A stretch of DNA of 37,585 nt from Candidatus Salinicoccus merdavium (GTDB taxonomy: Bacteria > Bacillota > Bacilli > Staphylococcales > Salinicoccaceae): contig DXII01000193.1 of the NCBI GenBank assembly GCA_019113035.1, forward strand, positions 1 to 37,585. Direction: 5' to 3'. Shown piece by piece: positions 21,452-29,782 of this stretch. Both the position numbers and the translations under genes were made by a program. The notes beneath the pieces were generated by a model. It made no database searches and was not told the DNA's origin. It was given only the letters and a program-made list of their open reading frames with translations. The first letter of the stretch is position 1. Every line of letters begins with the position of its first letter.

Positions 21452-21663
21452 ATCTAAACAGGAAACGGTCTGAAACGTGTAGACAGCAGCTATATCTGCC
21501 CTATCTGCACACCTAAGGGCCTCAAACGTGTAGTTAGGGATGTTTTCAGCAGCATCTGCACACCTAAGGGCCTCAAACGTGTAGTTAGGGACGTTTTCAG
21601 CAGCATCTGCACAGCAGCGGCAATTAAATGTGCAGTCTGCCGGAAAAACCACTCCATCTGCAC
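21452..21663. repeat. 51-bp-period intergenic array of alternately inverted 8-bp boxes (copy 1; 4 units plus a fifth box)
   Basis: ATCTRMAC at 21452, 21503, 21554, 21605, 21656; inverse GTGYAGWY at 21477, 21528, 21579, 21630. Units 21503-21553 and 21554-21604 differ at 1 of 51 bases. Confidence 0.92.
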
Positions 21664-21752
21664 GGCTGGTCCTACTGTCAATATGGTTCCGCCTTCGCCC
21701 GTACCTGTCACCGCCAGCCGCCTCAATCACCATCCCCTGCCATACTCCCGCC

Positions 21753-21801
21753 AAACATCAGGACGCCCTCGACCATCACTAAAGGATGATCAAGGGCGTC
21801 C
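21753..21801 (-). terminator. Terminator hairpin after ylbF
   Basis: Minus strand GGACGCCCTTGATCATC...GATGGTCGAGGGCGTCC-TGATGTTT; G-U pairs favour the minus strand. Confidence 0.75.
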
Positions 21802-21818
21802 GGTTTTTATTATAAAGT

Positions 21819-22256
21819 TTATACTGCGCAGGAACAGCCGCCGCCTGTGGAGCAGCCTCCGGCTGAATCTTTTGTGAAGAATGGATTGTCGCTGACGATG
21901 TTGACGTGTTCGCTGACATCCTCGCTCATATGGAACAGCACTTCGTCGAGGAGTGCCTGGAGCTGATATTCAGCGCGTCTGAATTCCATGACAATCGGAT
22001 GTAAATCTAATTTTTTCTTATATTGATTGACTTCTCGTCTCTTTGTTGTGAAATCAGGATGGTATTTGCCGAATCGGCTGACTTCTTCAAAGTCTTCCTT
22101 CATCCTATTGAATGTGGAAATGATTTCGAGAACTTCCGGATCATTATTTATAAGATGATTATATTTACAGTATTGTTTAAATTCTTCAGTATGTGTAATC
22201 ATATGATTCAGCTTGTCGAGCTGGTCCAGCAGTGTCAATTCTTGTAATGCTGTCAT
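21819..22256 (-). CDS. ylbF: YlbF/RicF family regulator (RicAFT / Y-complex subunit)
   Basis: FGKYHPD, LQ.LLDEV, NPFF and C-terminal GC..GG.C.C Cys cluster. Confidence 0.93.
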   Translation of the reverse strand: MTALQELTLLDQLDKLNHMITHTEEFKQYCKYNHLINNDPEVLEIISTFNRMKEDFEEVSRFGKYHPDFTTKRREVNQYKKKLDLHPIVMEFRRAEYQLQALLDEVLFHMSEDVSEHVNIVSDNPFFTKDSAGGCSTGGGCSCAV

Positions 22257-22317
22257 AAAAACACCTCTCGTTTTATAGTAACAAACTTCAGAATTCTTTG
22301 CGAGAGTGAAATTCTAT

Positions 22318-22346
22318 TTGCAACTATTAAGTTTATAGATTAAAAT
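22318..22346 (+). promoter_or_regulatory. Putative sigma-A promoter of the YugN-like gene
   Basis: TTGCAA-N17-TAAAAT. Confidence 0.55.
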
Positions 22347-22381
22347 TGAATTAATGTTATTAATGCTAGGGAGGAAATTTC

Positions 22382-22738
22382 ATGATTTTCGAAAACTCTG
22401 GTCTTGAGAAAGTAGTTGTACCTCAAGATGTCTTACAAGATGTTATGAATAAAAACGGATGGGTTCTGGGTGGTTCCTGGGATTACGAGCGTATGACTTT
22501 TGATTTCAAGTACGAGATACCTGAAGGTATCTATTACCTGCGCCTGCCGGGCTACGCTGTAGACGGAGATGTGGGTGCAAACAACGCAACACTCCAACTG
22601 ATGGATCCATACATGGGTAAACACTATTTCCCAACAGGTATCGAATACGGCAGTGACGAGCATTTCCCTGAAAGAATTGTCGAACATGCTGTAAACAACA
22701 TCCGTAAAGTGACTAAAGATCTAAAAGTGTTGACTTAA
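22382..22738 (+). CDS. YugN-like family protein (YlbA-like)
   Basis: G....G.WDYER..FD.K, YYLR.P..AV.GD and GKHY.P.G.EY motifs; GGGAGG RBS; position opposite ctaG as for B. subtilis ylbA. Confidence 0.85.
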   Translation: MIFENSGLEKVVVPQDVLQDVMNKNGWVLGGSWDYERMTFDFKYEIPEGIYYLRLPGYAVDGDVGANNATLQLMDPYMGKHYFPTGIEYGSDEHFPERIVEHAVNNIRKVTKDLKVLT

Positions 22739-22752
22739 TACTTATATTCAAT

Positions 22753-22799
22753 AAAAGACGGCCGTAAACCTCCTTTCCAGGTTCACGGCCGTCTTTTTT
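22753..22799 (+). terminator. Intrinsic terminator of the YugN-like gene
   Basis: AAAAGACGGCCGT...ACGGCCGTCTTTTTT. Confidence 0.85.
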
Positions 22800-22809
22800 G
22801 TCCTGCCTT

Positions 22810-22851
22810 AAAATAAAACAGCACCAGAGCCCTTAATCCAGCCCTGGCGCT
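22810..22851 (-). terminator. Putative terminator of ctaG-ctaM
   Basis: Minus strand AGCGCCAGGGC-N10-GCTCTGGTGCT-GTTTTATTTT. Confidence 0.65.
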
Positions 22852-22882
22852 CTATTCTTTTCAAAATCCTATAATCCCCGTC

Positions 22883-23338
22883 TTAATGGAAAATTGCGTC
22901 ATACAGCCCTGCTGTCGAGCCGCCTGGATAGATGATATAAAGTAAAGTATAAACCATGATGCCCGTGATGGCCGTCAGAAACCAGATGGTTGCTGCGACC
23001 GGTCCCACTTTACGGTGTATCCCGAGCTTCCTTTTAGATCCTGTAAACAGCTGATATGCACCGAGCACCCCGCCTGTTGTGGAGAGGATGATGTGGCTGA
23101 TTAAAAACGTTACATAGAAAGGCACCAGATTATCCGGCCCGCCGAATTGGGTGCTTCCTATAAATACTGTTTTCGAAACATAGCCTAAAAAGAATATCAG
23201 TGCAGCAAGCGCTGCGAGCTTCATCCATTTTTCATGCAGGTCAATCTGTTTATTGCGTATATGTTTTAAACCGATTGCCATGAATATTGCACTCAGGATG
23301 ATAAAAAATGTATTGATTGTCGGCAGTATAAATTCCAT
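22883..23338 (-). CDS. ctaM: DUF420 family membrane protein (CtaM/YozB), oxidase assembly factor
   Basis: LPTI.T, H...M, F...Y, T.FGGP, HIIL, HRK.G, W...AITG..VY; located in the cta cluster. Confidence 0.88.
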   Translation of the reverse strand: MEFILPTINTFFIILSAIFMAIGLKHIRNKQIDLHEKWMKLAALAALIFFLGYVSKTVFIGSTQFGGPDNLVPFYVTFLISHIILSTTGGVLGAYQLFTGSKRKLGIHRKVGPVAATIWFLTAITGIMVYTLLYIIYPGGSTAGLYDAIFH

Positions 23339-23358
23339 ATCGTTATGTCTACTCCTTA

Positions 23359-24312
23359 TTATCTGAACTGTTTCTGAAACTCTTTTTTAATACGAGCTTC
23401 TTCTAGCGAACGGCGTGTCACTTCTTCTTCGTCACGTCTCTCTTCTTTATACCAACGGAAGAATATGAACCCTAGCATGAAACCGAAGAACACTTCCTGC
23501 ATCACCTTCATGATGATTCCGGCCGCCTGCTGATCGTGGATCGGATCTGAATTCGTAAAGTATTCAGGTCCTGAAATCATGCCTTGTCCGACAAGGCTGT
23601 CCAGTGTTCCTGCCGGCACACACAGTTCCATTGCCGACAGCCATGCATCCCCGTCTGTATACGTAGTGAACATCGGTTCTGAAGCAAATATGATGAGAGC
23701 ACATGCCGGTGTCAAAAGCACACCGATACCGAATATATAGAGCATCTTGAACAAACCGCCCATGTGGTTCTCTTTCGGTTCGACTTTGTTGAAAATCGGA
23801 TAGAACATCACGAGTGACAGGACGAATAAAAGAATGATGACAGCGTTATGTGCGACTGCACTCATCTTTAAGCTGTCCATTACGACAGGCAGATGATATA
23901 CCGAAAATGTACCATTGAAAAGAATCAATGCAACCAGCGGTTTTTTCGCTATCGCGAAGATCTGCTTGATTACCGGGAGACCAACCAGGTATTTCTGTAG
24001 GTATTCAGGCAGAGCAGCGTAAAATAACGGTGCCGTCAGCAGAAATCCAAATGCCATCTGAAGCATATGGAAACTGAACAATATGTGGCTCAGCAGGTCA
24101 ACCGGAGAGCCGTATAAAATATAAATTAAAACCATATTAGTTATGAATATAGCAGATTCTTTGTTCGTAATCGGACGTCCGCCTTCAAATTCCCTGTACC
24201 ATCTCTTGGTCACTAAAAAATAAACGACAGTGACCATGGCAATGAAAATAAAAAAGAAAGGGCTCCAATTAGCCATGAATCCAAATATAGATATGGACGA
24301 TAGATTCTCCAT
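23359..24312 (-). CDS. ctaG: Cytochrome caa3 oxidase assembly factor CtaG
   Basis: GSP.D..SH..FS.HM.QM, LFNG.FS.YH.P, LLTPACALI, DQQ..GIIMK..QE. Confidence 0.93.
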   Translation of the reverse strand: MENLSSISIFGFMANWSPFFFIFIAMVTVVYFLVTKRWYREFEGGRPITNKESAIFITNMVLIYILYGSPVDLLSHILFSFHMLQMAFGFLLTAPLFYAALPEYLQKYLVGLPVIKQIFAIAKKPLVALILFNGTFSVYHLPVVMDSLKMSAVAHNAVIILLFVLSLVMFYPIFNKVEPKENHMGGLFKMLYIFGIGVLLTPACALIIFASEPMFTTYTDGDAWLSAMELCVPAGTLDSLVGQGMISGPEYFTNSDPIHDQQAAGIIMKVMQEVFFGFMLGFIFFRWYKEERRDEEEVTRRSLEEARIKKEFQKQFR

Positions 24313-24391
24313 TAAAAATCACCCTTTTTTATCACTTATCATCATTATAAGTTTTTTTGTCATTTTAAACAATATATCCAGGGTGCTTTAC

Positions 24392-24409
24392 ATGACAATA
24401 TAATGACAA
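24392..24409 (-). promoter_or_regulatory. TTGTCAT-N4-TTGTCAT direct repeat (OmpR/PhoB-family-like site) upstream of ctaG
   Basis: Exact 7-mer repeat at 11-bp spacing, upstream of a TTGTTT-N17-TATAAT candidate promoter (24344-24372). Confidence 0.45.
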
Positions 24410-24436
24410 AAGACCAACACGTGATGTGTTGGTCTT
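24408..24436 (-). terminator. Terminator after ctaF
   Basis: Minus strand AAGACCAACAC-ATCAC-GTGTTGGTCTTTT. Confidence 0.78.
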
Positions 24437-24442
24437 CAATGA

Positions 24443-24787
24443 CTATTCGATTGGTGCTCCGATCCAGACGATATAAATGAAGCAGACAACGAATGCTATT
24501 GCGAAATAGATTCCAGTCATTATGAACAGTTTGGCAAAGTCGTGTCCGTTATCTTTCATATGCATGAAATAGAAGAACTGCAGGATGACCTGGATGAATG
24601 CAAAACCGAGTACAATCGGAATCGTAAACTGTGCAGGCACATCTGACGCCGCCAGGCCGAATGCCATGAATGTCAGGAATATCATCAGTCCAAATGATAC
24701 AAGCTGATGGCGCATTTCTTTAGTACGCTTAGTTCTCAAGTACTCAAGCTGCGTTTTTGTCATAACTTCTTGATTCATTTCTGCCAT
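24443..24787 (-). CDS. ctaF: Cytochrome caa3 oxidase subunit IV
   Basis: F.LMIFLT..AF, QV..Q..YFMHM; last gene of ctaCDEF. Confidence 0.93.
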   Translation of the reverse strand: MAEMNQEVMTKTQLEYLRTKRTKEMRHQLVSFGLMIFLTFMAFGLAASDVPAQFTIPIVLGFAFIQVILQFFYFMHMKDNGHDFAKLFIMTGIYFAIAFVVCFIYIVWIGAPIE

Positions 24788-24788
24788 C

Positions 24789-25415
24789 TTATAACACTCC
24801 TAACAGGTAAACGATAGTAAAGATGAATACCCATACAACGTCTATAAAGTGCCAGTACAATGCAAAGGTATTTACTTTTGCTGCTGTGTAGACAGACATA
24901 CCGCGATTTGCGTTACGTAAAATGAGCAGTGTCACCCAGATAAGGCCGACAATTACGTGGAAACCGTGTGTACCGATCAGGAAGTAGAATGCACTTCCGA
25001 AGGCGCTTGAACGGAATGAGTGTCCAATTCCGACGTATTCCACAAACTCATATATCTCAAGTGCAAGGAACCCTGCACCAAGAAGTGCTGTAATACCGAG
25101 CCACAACTGCATCTTCTGGAAGTTGTTGTTTCTCATGTGGTAAATCGCGTAAACACTTGTCAGGGACGATGTCAAAAGGAACATCGTCATGACAAATGCC
25201 AGTGGCAACTGGAACAGCTCCCCTGCGACTAGATGATCTTCGCTAGGTACTGAGTCTTTCAGTGCCAGATATGTCGCAAAAAGCGATGCGAATAAAACAG
25301 TCTCACCAGCAAGGAATATCCAAAAACCTACAAACTTGTTCTTACCTTCTGCCGTAGCAGTTTCGGGATGGACCGGCCATCTTTCGCTAGGCACATTGTA
25401 TTCCATGTTAGCCAT
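24789..25415 (-). CDS. ctaE: Cytochrome caa3 oxidase subunit III
   Basis: GFWIFL.GE..LFASLF, LL.SS.T, GTHG.HV, YWHFIDVVWVFIF. Confidence 0.96.
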   Translation of the reverse strand: MANMEYNVPSERWPVHPETATAEGKNKFVGFWIFLAGETVLFASLFATYLALKDSVPSEDHLVAGELFQLPLAFVMTMFLLTSSLTSVYAIYHMRNNNFQKMQLWLGITALLGAGFLALEIYEFVEYVGIGHSFRSSAFGSAFYFLIGTHGFHVIVGLIWVTLLILRNANRGMSVYTAAKVNTFALYWHFIDVVWVFIFTIVYLLGVL

Positions 25416-27334
25416 TATTTCGCACCCCTTTCTAATTCTTCAAGATCTTTTTCAATTTCTTCTTTAGTTACATAATAACCAAGGTCGTCTTTCCATGAAC
25501 GTACACCCATGGATACGAACGTGATGCCGAGCCCGATTACAAGCACGGGCAGTGCCCAAGGTTTTACAGCCAAATCAGATACTGCATCGATCGCCCAATC
25601 TTTGCCGTCTGCAAAGTGCAGTGCACCGAATGATGCAATGAAGAGTCCGAGTGACATGATCAGCGGGATGATCGAGTTATTAGGCATATGGAAGTCCTGA
25701 ATGGATTCTGCAGGCATCATCCTGCCGTCGCCCTGCTTCTTCTCGATCCAGTAAGCATCCAGTCCGCGAACCAGTGGTACTTGTGCAAAATTGTAGTAAG
25801 GAACCGGTAATGGCAGTGACCATTCAAGCGTACGTCCGTCACCCCAAGGGTCCGTTCCGACTCTTTCATTTTTAACGAGAGTAATTACAATGTTGATCAG
25901 TAATATGATGACTGCGGCGGCCATGAAGAAGGCCCCGACTGTCGATACCATGTTGGCTGTGTTGTAACCCTGTCCGTCAAGGAATGTGAACACACGTCTC
26001 GGCATGCCCCACAGACCCAGGAAGTGCTGGATCAGGAATGTCAGGTGGAAACCGAACACGAACAGCACAAATGATATTTTACCAAGGAATTCATTCAGCA
26101 TCGTATTGAACATGATCGGCCAGTAGTAGTGCAGTCCTGCAAGGAGACCGAATACTACACCACCAACGATAACGTAGTGGAAGTGTGCCACGATGAAGTA
26201 TGAGTCATGGTACTGATAGTCAGCCGGTGCAGCTGCCTGCATGATACCTGTTACCCCACCCATAACGAATGACGGGATAAATGCGACTGCGTAAAGCATC
26301 GGCGTTGTGAACTCTATGCTGCCGCCCCATATGGTGGCGATCCAGTTGAAGATTTTAATACCTGTCGGTACTGCGATTGCCATTGTCGCTACTGCAAAAA
26401 TAGCGTTTGCCGTTGGTCCAAGACCAACTGTAAACATGTGGTGCGCCCAAACCATGAATCCGAAGAAACCGATAAGGACTGTCGCGAATACCATCGCTGA
26501 GTAACCGAATAATCTCTTACGGGCAAATACTGCGAAAATCTCAGAGAATATACCGAACGCCGGAAGTATCAGTATGTACACTTCAGGGTGTCCGAAAATC
26601 CAGAATAAGTGTTCCCAGATTATTGTGTTACCGCCTGCTTCTACTATGAAGAAGTTAGAACCGAACATACGGTCAAACATAAGCAGGAAGATACCGATTG
26701 TAAGCGGTGGGAATGCGAATACGATAAGGATTGCCGCAACCAGTGTCGTCCATGTGAATAATGGCATTCTCATATAAGTCATACCAGGTGCTCTCATCGT
26801 AATGATCGTTGTTGCAAAGTTGATTCCTGTCATCAATGTACCTGCACCTGTGATCTGAAGACCAAGAGCGTAGAAGTTAACGCCGTGGCCAGGTGAGTCG
26901 ATTGAAAGTGATGCGTAGCTCGTCCAGCCCGCATCCGGTGCTCCGCCCATGAACCATGAAAGATTAAGGAAGATACCACCAAGAATAAATAACCATACTG
27001 CAAGTGCGTTCAGGAATGGGAACGCTAAGTCACGCGCCCCGATCTGCAATGGAACCACTGCGTTCATAAATGCAAATAGTAACGGCATGGCTGCCAGGAA
27101 TATCATTGTCGTACCATGCATGGTGATCATTTCGTTAAATAATCCTGCTGATAGGAAGTCGTTGTTTGGAACCGCAAGTTGTAAACGGATCAACATCGCT
27201 TCTAAACCACCAAGTGCGAAGAAAAATCCGCCGGCGATCAAATACAGAATCGCGATCTTTTTATGGTCGACCGTCGTCAAGTATTCCCAGATTACAGAAC
27301 CAACACCTTTTTTCTGTGTACTTGTTTGTGCCAT
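25415..27334 (-). CDS. ctaD: Cytochrome caa3 oxidase subunit I (A1-type)
   Basis: TVDHKKI, TMHGTTM, GHPEVY, WAHHMF, AHFHYV, GMPRR. Confidence 0.98.
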   Translation of the reverse strand: MAQTSTQKKGVGSVIWEYLTTVDHKKIAILYLIAGGFFFALGGLEAMLIRLQLAVPNNDFLSAGLFNEMITMHGTTMIFLAAMPLLFAFMNAVVPLQIGARDLAFPFLNALAVWLFILGGIFLNLSWFMGGAPDAGWTSYASLSIDSPGHGVNFYALGLQITGAGTLMTGINFATTIITMRAPGMTYMRMPLFTWTTLVAAILIVFAFPPLTIGIFLLMFDRMFGSNFFIVEAGGNTIIWEHLFWIFGHPEVYILILPAFGIFSEIFAVFARKRLFGYSAMVFATVLIGFFGFMVWAHHMFTVGLGPTANAIFAVATMAIAVPTGIKIFNWIATIWGGSIEFTTPMLYAVAFIPSFVMGGVTGIMQAAAPADYQYHDSYFIVAHFHYVIVGGVVFGLLAGLHYYWPIMFNTMLNEFLGKISFVLFVFGFHLTFLIQHFLGLWGMPRRVFTFLDGQGYNTANMVSTVGAFFMAAAVIILLINIVITLVKNERVGTDPWGDGRTLEWSLPLPVPYYNFAQVPLVRGLDAYWIEKKQGDGRMMPAESIQDFHMPNNSIIPLIMSLGLFIASFGALHFADGKDWAIDAVSDLAVKPWALPVLVIGLGITFVSMGVRSWKDDLGYYVTKEEIEKDLEELERGAK

Positions 27335-27337
27335 GTG

Positions 27338-28516
27338 TTAGTTCCCCTCCTCTTCATCATTTTCAGAAGACTCTTCTTCGTCTTCTGAACCTTCATCGTC
27401 TGAAGTGTTTGCCTGTCTGGATTCTTCCAGTGCTTCAACGTCTCCGGATCCTTCTTCAACAGACAACTCCATCAAGTAAGCTGAAACTGCTTCGATTTCT
27501 TCATCACTCAAATCATAAGCACCAGTCATTTTATTTCCAGGTTTAAGTGATTCAGGGTCTCTGATCCACTCCTGTAAGTTTTCTTCGTTGTGCTCAAGGT
27601 AACCTGCAATCAGTTCACGGTCTGCAAAGTTCGTCAGGTTAGGACCCATTGCGCCTGAGCCTGTCGGAGTCGTTGCGTGACAGCCCATACATGAGTCAGC
27701 AAAAATTTCCTCTCCAGCCTGTGCATCTTCAGAAGATGCCTGTACCGGCTCTTCAACAGCCTGCATGTCCGCCAACCACTGATCGTACTCTTCAGCAGGC
27801 AGTGCCTGAACTTTAAAGTCCATCAGTGCGTGTGAAGGTCCGCAGAGCTCAGCACACTTACCGTAGAATAAACGGTCGCTTTCCTGTGCACTGTCTTCAT
27901 CAAAGACTAAGTAGAAACTGTTGATACCGTCAATGTTTGTATCCATCTTACCGCCCGCTGCCGGCACCCAGAATGAGTGCTTGACGTCTACACCCATAAG
28001 GTTGAAGTAGACTTTCTCATCAGTCGGTACTACCATTTCCTGTGAAGTGACTACTTGTTCTGTAGGATATTCAAACTCCCACCAGTACTGGTAAGCACGA
28101 ACGTTGATGACGTTCTCTTCAGAGTTGACTTCGCCGTTGTCAGTCACACTCGCACTTGTATCCGCCTGTTTAAATACCAGATACACTGTAGGGACTGTCA
28201 AAATAATAAGTAAAATGATTGGGATTGAAGTCCAGATGATTTCCAAAGTGTGGTTTGTCGCCACGTCCCTCGGCACGAAATCTTCACCCTTCTTACTACG
28301 GCGGTTTTTAGCTACTGCAATAGTAAATAATACCGTAACCACTACTACAACCAAAAGCATAATAATAATTGAAAGTATCATTAAGTTAAACTGCTCCTGA
28401 CCGACTTCACCAGCTGGTCTCAAAGCACTCAAATGATTCTTACCACAACCAGATAAAAAGACCATTAGGACAGTGATTAAACCTGTCCATTTAGCTTTCA
28501 TCCAATGATTCTTCAT
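27338..28516 (-). CDS. ctaC: Cytochrome caa3 oxidase subunit II (lipoprotein, CuA plus fused cytochrome c)
   Basis: Lipobox LSGC; YQYWWEFEY; HSFW and CAELCGPSHALM CuA ligands; CMGCH heme-c motif and PGNKM axial Met. Confidence 0.97.
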   Translation of the reverse strand: MKNHWMKAKWTGLITVLMVFLSGCGKNHLSALRPAGEVGQEQFNLMILSIIIMLLVVVVVTVLFTIAVAKNRRSKKGEDFVPRDVATNHTLEIIWTSIPIILLIILTVPTVYLVFKQADTSASVTDNGEVNSEENVINVRAYQYWWEFEYPTEQVVTSQEMVVPTDEKVYFNLMGVDVKHSFWVPAAGGKMDTNIDGINSFYLVFDEDSAQESDRLFYGKCAELCGPSHALMDFKVQALPAEEYDQWLADMQAVEEPVQASSEDAQAGEEIFADSCMGCHATTPTGSGAMGPNLTNFADRELIAGYLEHNEENLQEWIRDPESLKPGNKMTGAYDLSDEEIEAVSAYLMELSVEEGSGDVEALEESRQANTSDDEGSEDEEESSENDEEEGN

Positions 28517-28544
28517 GTTTTAACCCCTCTTTCATCCAATAACT

Positions 28545-29465
28545 TTATATATTCACGAGTAAGCCGGCAATTACAATCATTACAAAAAATATAACGATGT
28601 AATTTAGTGAGAAGACAAATACCCGACCGGCATAGCGGTTATAGTCTTCAATTGGTTTGAATCGGTTCAATGATATGTACAGCCAGGCCAAATTCAGAGC
28701 GGTGGCGAGCAGCACAAACCATAAGCCAAGTTCTACCATTAAAACAGGTGTGAACAAAAGAAGTGTTACCCAAAACACAATTGAGCGTTTAGTTCTTTCA
28801 TTACCCTTTACAGATGGCAGCATTGGAATGGCAGCAAGCTTATATTCTTCGCTTCTTCTAATTGCTAATCCGTAAAAGTGCGGCATTTGCCAAATGAACA
28901 TCACGATGAACATCGCCCATGCAATCATATGCAGTCCGGGATCAATGACTGCCCAGCCGATAAGCGGCGGCATCGCCCCGGGTACAGCCCCGATGATTGT
29001 ATTGGAAACAAAATGGCGTTTCCCAAACATCGAATAAACGACTGTGTAGCCAAATGCTGCGACTAAGCCCAGCGTTCCGGCTGTTGGATTAACGGAGAAT
29101 AACATAATCAGTCCAACACCCAGACAGCCGAAACCAATCAGCAGTATCTGCTTCCCTGTAAACGTACCATCAATACTTGGACGGTCCTTTTTTGATTCCA
29201 TTATCCTGTCTATGTCTCTGTCATAAAAATTATTCAGCGCACAAACCCCGCCTATGACCAGTGCGGTCGCTGCTGTCATCAGCAGTAAAAGCGGTAAGTT
29301 CTGAAAAAATGACAAGCTGTAATACATCACAGCTACAAATCCGGCAGCAAATGCTGGAATAAGATTGGACTTTATTATCCCATCTTTTAATAACGTTTTA
29401 ACTGCTTTGAATGTTATATCATTTGGATTCTGCTTTACAATTTCACTGTAAGCATCACCTTGCAT
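28545..29465 (-). CDS. ctaB: Protoheme IX farnesyltransferase (heme O synthase)
   Basis: NN.YDRDID..M....RP, GA.PGA.PPLIGW, WQ.PHF. Start set at ATG 29465 after AAAGGAGG rather than the ORF-track 29576. Confidence 0.96.
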   Translation of the reverse strand: MQGDAYSEIVKQNPNDITFKAVKTLLKDGIIKSNLIPAFAAGFVAVMYYSLSFFQNLPLLLLMTAATALVIGGVCALNNFYDRDIDRIMESKKDRPSIDGTFTGKQILLIGFGCLGVGLIMLFSVNPTAGTLGLVAAFGYTVVYSMFGKRHFVSNTIIGAVPGAMPPLIGWAVIDPGLHMIAWAMFIVMFIWQMPHFYGLAIRRSEEYKLAAIPMLPSVKGNERTKRSIVFWVTLLLFTPVLMVELGLWFVLLATALNLAWLYISLNRFKPIEDYNRYAGRVFVFSLNYIVIFFVMIVIAGLLVNI

Positions 29466-29706
29466 CTCTACGCCTCCTTTCATAACAGAAACATTTAACT
29501 CTAATAATAAATCAGTCGGGACACAAATACTATACAATTCCACAATAAAATTGTTACATTTTATATGTTTCATCAATTGTTCATTAAATCTTCATGAACA
29601 GTATGTGTTACAAATGATAAACTGACTTATACTTGTCTGGAGTGTTTCACATATTGATTTTACCATATATTTAAGAATTGTTAAGAGTAATTCTAAATAA
29701 TTAATA

Positions 29707-29735
29707 TTGCAATGACAACTTCTTTCATATATATT
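29707..29735 (+). promoter_or_regulatory. Putative sigma-A promoter of ctaA
   Basis: TTGCAA-N17-TATATT upstream of a GAGGTG RBS. Confidence 0.45.
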
Positions 29736-29782
29736 ATGGATTCATGAGGTTAATTTCTTAAGTCTTAATAGAGGTGTGACAA

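Noticed and set aside
21452-21663. CRISPR array
   Set aside because: Conserved boxes are only 8-12 bp and alternate in orientation, spacers are 17-18 bp with two units duplicated, and there are no cas genes in the window.
21371-21754. 127-aa minus-strand ORF with 17-aa Cys-containing repeats (CADAAENVPNYTFEALR) as a real peptide or RiPP precursor
   Set aside because: The repeat is a by-product of the 51-bp period. The TTG start lies in a terminator tail with no RBS, and no modifying enzymes are nearby. The equivalent frame in copy 2 has a frameshift and an in-frame TGA. Not fully excluded without ribosome profiling.
21490-21877. ORFs 21490-21726 (-) and 21683-21877 (+)
   Set aside because: They run through repeats or terminators, the latter overlaps ylbF antisense, and neither shows protein-like features.
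22739-22882. Third copy of the 51-bp array at the YugN-like/ctaM convergent junction
   Set aside because: Only two terminator hairpins are present; no boxes or GGGAGTATGGC motif.
29466-29576. N-terminal extension of CtaB in the ORF track (likewise rsmD to 19702 and aconitase to 33043)
   Set aside because: Family N-termini, and for ctaB and the aconitase a strong RBS, point to the downstream ATGs; the extensions lie in promoter DNA.
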